A stretch of 64,000 nt of DNA from positions 20,721 to 84,720 of the forward strand of contig UQWV01000002.1 of NCBI GenBank assembly GCA_900544845.1. Direction: 5' to 3'. The stretch comes from an uncultured Collinsella sp. GTDB taxonomy: Bacteria; Actinomycetota; Coriobacteriia; Coriobacteriales; Coriobacteriaceae. This document shows, in pieces, positions 60,390 to 64,000 of this stretch (the stretch's first letter is position 1; each line of letters starts with the position of its first letter). A program made the translations under genes and the position numbers. A model generated the notes under the pieces. The model saw nothing but the letters and a program-made list of their open reading frames with translations. It made no database searches and was not told where the DNA came from.

Positions 60390-62060
60390 ATGCCTGGTGT
60401 TACCCCTGCAGAAGTTCTGTCCAACTTTGGTATTACGCTCGTTGAAGATCCCGCCGAGAATCAACCCCGTCTGCTGGTGGACCTGCCGGCGGCAGAGCTT
60501 GTCGAGCACGCTATTCGTCGCAAAGAGGGCCGTATGGCTTCTAATGGCGCGCTCGTGATCGAGACGGGGGAGCGCACTGGTCGTTCGCCCAACGATCGTT
60601 TTATCGTTGACACCCCCGATGTTCACGACAAGATCGCCTGGGGTGCGGTCAACCGCCCACTGTCCGTCGAGAGCTATGAGGCCATCAAGGCCGGCATCGT
60701 CGACTATCTCAACGAGCGCGACGTGTTCGTCACGCGCGGCATGGCGGGCGCTGACCGCAACCACACGCGTCGCCTGCTTGTTGCCTGCGAGCGTGCCAGC
60801 CAGGCACTCTTCATTAAGCAAATGCTCGCCCGTCCGCTCGCCCGCGAAATCGCGCGCACCGGCGAGCCCGACTTCTGCGTGCTCGCAGCGCCCGGTTACC
60901 AGTGCGATCCTGCCATCAAGGGCCTCAACTCCAGCGCCGCCGTGGTCATCAACTTCCAGGAGCGCGTGATTCTGGTCGCCGGCACCGGCTACTCCGGCGA
61001 GATTAAAAAGTCGATCTTTAGCGTCATGAACTATCTGCTGCCCGTCGAGGACGACGTGCTGCCCATGCATTGCTCGGCCAGCATGGATCCCGTCACGCAC
61101 GAGACCGCCGTGTTCTTTGGCCTGTCCGGCACCGGCAAGACCACGCTTTCGGCCAATCCCACGCGCCTGCTGATCGGCGACGACGAGCACGGTTGGTCCG
61201 ACATGGGCATCTTCAACATCGAGGGCGGCTGCTACGCCAAATGCGAGGGCCTGGACGCCTTCCACGAGCCCGAGATCTTCAACGCCGTCCGTTTTGGCGC
61301 CATTTGCGAAAACGTGGTGCTCGACGAGAACCGCAAGCCCAACTACGACGACATCTCGATCACGCACAACACGCGCGTGGCCTATCCCGTGGAGCACATT
61401 CCTAACGCGTGGACTAAGGGCATGGGCACCACTCCGAGTGTCGTGCTGTTCCTGACTTGCGACGCTTTTGGCGTGCTGCCGCCCATCTCGCGCCTGACGG
61501 CCGACGCCGCCATGTACCACTTTGTGACGGGCTTTACGGCTAAGATTCCCGGCACCGAGGTCGGCGTCACCGAGCCCACGCCCACGTTCTCTTCGCTGTT
61601 CGGCGAGCCGTTTATGCCGCTCGACCCCATGGTTTACGCCAAGATGCTTGGCGAGCGCATTGCCGACGGCCGCACGCGCGTGTACCTGGTCAACACCGGC
61701 TGGATCGGCGGCGGCTACGGCGTGGGTCATCGCATCGAGCTGGCCTACACGCGCTCGCTGGTCGCGCGCGCCCTCGACGGCACCATTGAGGACAGCGAGT
61801 TCGTGCACGACGACATCTTTAACGTCGACATTCCCACGACGTGCCACGGCGTGCCCGATGGCATCCTGGTGCCGCGCCAATACTGGCAGAACACCGCGCG
61901 CTACGACGAGGCCGCGCACAACCTGGCGGTGATGTTCGAGGAGAACTTCGAGAAGAAGTACTCGCACCTGCCCGAGTCCGTCAAAGCCGCCGGCCCGCAC
62001 GCCCAGGTGTCCGCCGAGGCCCGTCATCGCGGCCGCGGCCTGCTGGGACTCCGCCACTAG
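60390..62060 (+). CDS. pckA: Phosphoenolpyruvate carboxykinase (ATP)
   Basis: FFGLSGTGKTTLSANPTRLLIGDDEHGW kinase-1a/Walker motifs. AAAGGAGG RBS. Confidence 0.9.
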   Translation: MPGVTPAEVLSNFGITLVEDPAENQPRLLVDLPAAELVEHAIRRKEGRMASNGALVIETGERTGRSPNDRFIVDTPDVHDKIAWGAVNRPLSVESYEAIKAGIVDYLNERDVFVTRGMAGADRNHTRRLLVACERASQALFIKQMLARPLAREIARTGEPDFCVLAAPGYQCDPAIKGLNSSAAVVINFQERVILVAGTGYSGEIKKSIFSVMNYLLPVEDDVLPMHCSASMDPVTHETAVFFGLSGTGKTTLSANPTRLLIGDDEHGWSDMGIFNIEGGCYAKCEGLDAFHEPEIFNAVRFGAICENVVLDENRKPNYDDISITHNTRVAYPVEHIPNAWTKGMGTTPSVVLFLTCDAFGVLPPISRLTADAAMYHFVTGFTAKIPGTEVGVTEPTPTFSSLFGEPFMPLDPMVYAKMLGERIADGRTRVYLVNTGWIGGGYGVGHRIELAYTRSLVARALDGTIEDSEFVHDDIFNVDIPTTCHGVPDGILVPRQYWQNTARYDEAAHNLAVMFEENFEKKYSHLPESVKAAGPHAQVSAEARHRGRGLLGLRH

Positions 62061-62079
62061 CTTCGCCGTGAGTCCATAT

Positions 62080-62117
62080 CCACCACAAAGGGGACAGGCA
62101 CCTTTGTGGTGGTTTTG
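62080..62117 (+). terminator. Terminator of pckA; copy 2 of the CCACCACAAAGG hairpin
   Basis: CCACCACAAAGGggacaggcaCCTTTGTGGTGG then TTTTG. Confidence 0.65.
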
Positions 62118-62285
62118 CTCACGTGGATGACTCGGGTTACAATACGCCTGACATATCGTCCCCTTCTCCGGATGGGGACAGCGTAAGCGTTCTTGTGACG
62201 GCACCGTAGGACTTTGAAGGTGGTCGTTGTAAGGGCGCTTTTTGTTTAGGCGCTCGCGTTGGCGCGAATCGTGAAGGGAGCATGT

Positions 62286-63005
62286 GTGAAGAGCTTTATT
62301 GCCGAGGATTCATTTTGGGAGCTGTTTCCGCAGGCAGCGGTCGGTGTTGTAGTCGTTGAGGGCATGAAACCCGCGGCGCAGATTCCTCAAGAGGACGTGG
62401 ACGCGATTGCGGCGCTGCTCGATCGCGCCAATATCGACGCGGAGCGTCATCTGACCAGCGACACTATCAGCGAGAACGCACCGGTCAAGGCATGGCGCGA
62501 GGCGTATCGTCTGTTCAAGACTAAGAAGGGTGCGCGTTGTTCGATTGAGAACCTGCTTAAGCGCGTGCTCAAGGGCAAGCCGGTCGGTCATATCACGCCG
62601 GCGGTGGATATTTACAACACGGTGTCGCTGACCTACGCGCTGCCCGTGGGAGGCGAGGATCTGCATGCGATCGAGGGAGACCTTCGCCTGAAGGTGACCG
62701 ACGGTGGCGACGCGTTCTTGCCGCTTGGCGAGGAGGCGGACGATCCGACGCTGCCCTGCGAGCTGGCCTATATCGATGATGCGGGCGCCGTGTGCCGCTG
62801 CTGGAACTGGCGCGACGGCGTTCGAACGGCTCTGTCCGATGATTCGGCCGATGCGTTCCTGGCGATTGAGTGCGTGAAGCCCGAGCGAATGAAGGACTGC
62901 CAGGCCGCGATCGATCGCCTCGCTGAGTTGCTCGAGCGTTATCTGGGAGCGACGGTTGTCGTTAAGACGCTTGTGACTCGCGACAATCCCTGCGTGGAGC
63001 TGTAG
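62286..63005 (+). CDS. B3/B4 tRNA-binding domain protein (PheT B3/4-like)
   Basis: In-frame GTG at 62286 after GAAGGGAG. B3/4-domain-like sequence (…LPVGGEDLHAIEGDLRL…). Confidence 0.7.
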   Translation: MKSFIAEDSFWELFPQAAVGVVVVEGMKPAAQIPQEDVDAIAALLDRANIDAERHLTSDTISENAPVKAWREAYRLFKTKKGARCSIENLLKRVLKGKPVGHITPAVDIYNTVSLTYALPVGGEDLHAIEGDLRLKVTDGGDAFLPLGEEADDPTLPCELAYIDDAGAVCRCWNWRDGVRTALSDDSADAFLAIECVKPERMKDCQAAIDRLAELLERYLGATVVVKTLVTRDNPCVEL

Positions 63006-63036
63006 CGAAGTCTGCGGATCAAACTCGACGGTCAAA

Positions 63037-63074
63037 ACCACCACAATGGTGCCTGTCCCCTTTGTGGTGGTTTT
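63037..63074 (+). terminator. Terminator; copy 3 of the CCACCACAAAGG hairpin, in inverted orientation relative to copy 2
   Basis: CCACCACAAtGGtgcctgtccCCTTTGTGGTGG then TTTTT. The loop is the reverse complement of the loop at 62092. Confidence 0.65.
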
Positions 63075-63178
63075 TATGTTGATGGGTTAACAAATAGGGT
63101 GCGCAGGGCTGGCGGCCGATAAGTACGGTTAAGATGTTTACCCGTTAGCATTATGCAAGCGAAAGGCGGTCGTCTCCC

Positions 63179-63628
63179 ATGCAGCAGAACGACGAGACAC
63201 GTTTCGAGGACTTTGTCGGACTGATCAGCGGGCTCTACAAGGAGATCCAGCGCATTAAGACATCCGAGGGCGCAAGGCTGGGCCTCAAGGGCTCCGACGT
63301 TATGTGCCTGTACTATCTTGAGCGCAGCAAGGACGGCCTGACTGGCGCCGACCTCGCTCGCATGGCAGGCGTGACCCGCGCCGCCGTCTCGCGCACGCTC
63401 GCGCATCTGGAGGAGGGCGGCTACGTCGAGGTCGATGATTCGGGCGATGCCGCCGTTAAGTATCGTGCTCCGGTGCGCCTGACCGCTCTGGGCGGCGAGA
63501 GTATGAGCGAGGCGGACCGCATCATTCGCGAGGTGCTCGATACCACCGGTAAGGCTATGGGTGTGGAGCAGCGCGAGCAGATGTATGCGTCGCTACGCAC
63601 GATTCTCAACACCCTGCGCGAGATCTAA
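63179..63628 (+). CDS. MarR-family transcriptional regulator
   Basis: Winged-HTH …LTGADLARMAGVTRAAVSRTLAHLEEGGYV…. Confidence 0.8.
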   Translation: MQQNDETRFEDFVGLISGLYKEIQRIKTSEGARLGLKGSDVMCLYYLERSKDGLTGADLARMAGVTRAAVSRTLAHLEEGGYVEVDDSGDAAVKYRAPVRLTALGGESMSEADRIIREVLDTTGKAMGVEQREQMYASLRTILNTLREI

Positions 63629-63736
63629 GGCCGCCAAGGCATTTGCTTCCAATTAACAACTGCATAGTCCCGTTTGAGCGCGTATGCCGTGCCGGGGCTT
63701 GCTGTCAAAATTCCCTGCGCGGGACCTGCGCAAGAA

Positions 63737-64000
63737 AGGATTCGCTATGTCCGTCCGTATTATTACCGATTCCGCAAGCGATATGTCACCGGCCGAGCAC
63801 CCAGCATTGGCCGTTTTGCCACTGTCCGTCACCTTTGGCACCGATGTGTACATGGATGGCGTCGACATCGATCACCAGCGCTTTTACGAGATGCTCGTGG
63901 AGCGCGATGAGCTGCCTAAGACCGGCCAGGTCAACCCGTACGCGTTTTCGCAGGCTATTGCCGAGGTGCGTGAGGCCGGCGATGAGGCAGTGATTATTAC
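63737..64000 (+). CDS. DegV family protein (third paralog), 5' partial at window end
   Basis: MSVRIITDSASDMSPAEHPALAVLPLSVTFGTDVYMDGVDIDHQRFYEML…. AAAGGA RBS. It runs off the window. Confidence 0.75.

Noticed and set aside
59125-62204. 363-aa and 614-aa ORFs antisense to lctP and pckA. The second translates the CCACCACAAAGG palindrome as 'HHKGACPLCGG'.
   Set aside because: Antisense artifacts. The Cys-containing peptide is just the palindrome read as protein; the same occurs in ORF 46344..47033.

Overview
High-GC (~60-65%) chromosomal segment with a Firmicutes-like gene repertoire (class-3 FBPase, DegV, LOG, QueH, ATP-type PckA, LctP). That mix is typical of Coriobacteriia-type Actinobacteria, but the taxon cannot be proven from sequence alone. 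Most of the window is ordinary housekeeping and transport: queuosine genes (queH, queA, tgt), pstSCAB, serA-serC, pckA, a lactate permease, a metG-like synthetase, an rRNA m5C methyltransferase, an ABC-F ATPase, peptidases, three DegV paralogs, and a Cd/Zn-type resistance unit (ArsR/CadC-like regulator, stand-alone HMA protein, P1B ATPase) with clear palindromic operators. The stand-out locus is at 370..8771. A sequence that matches the cobalamin (B12) riboswitch core and B12 box lies in the 5' leader of a 7.2 kb gene. That gene encodes a ~2,396-aa surface protein with a signal peptide, an acidic disordered stretch, ~7 Ig-like ~95-aa repeats, three tandem DUF4430-like modules (the transcobalamin/intrinsic-factor-like, BtuH-type B12-binding fold), a PQQ-like beta-propeller (BtuG-like fold class), a Listeria-Bacteroides repeat, a low-complexity stalk and a C-terminal TM anchor. 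A translationally coupled second gene encodes a membrane-anchored protein with one more DUF4430 module. I propose this as a previously undescribed riboswitch-controlled corrinoid-capture apparatus for a monoderm cell surface. The window also holds several families of perfect palindromic REP-like/terminator repeats. Two copies of a ~245-bp structured 3'-flanking element have stems that covary around a conserved loop. One or two low-GC patches, one of them at 40200..42050, carry paralogous DUF559(Vsr-like)-tailed proteins. No rRNA, tRNA or CRISPR was seen. ORF-track 'M' starts are sometimes GTG/TTG, and starts were refined by RBS inspection where possible.
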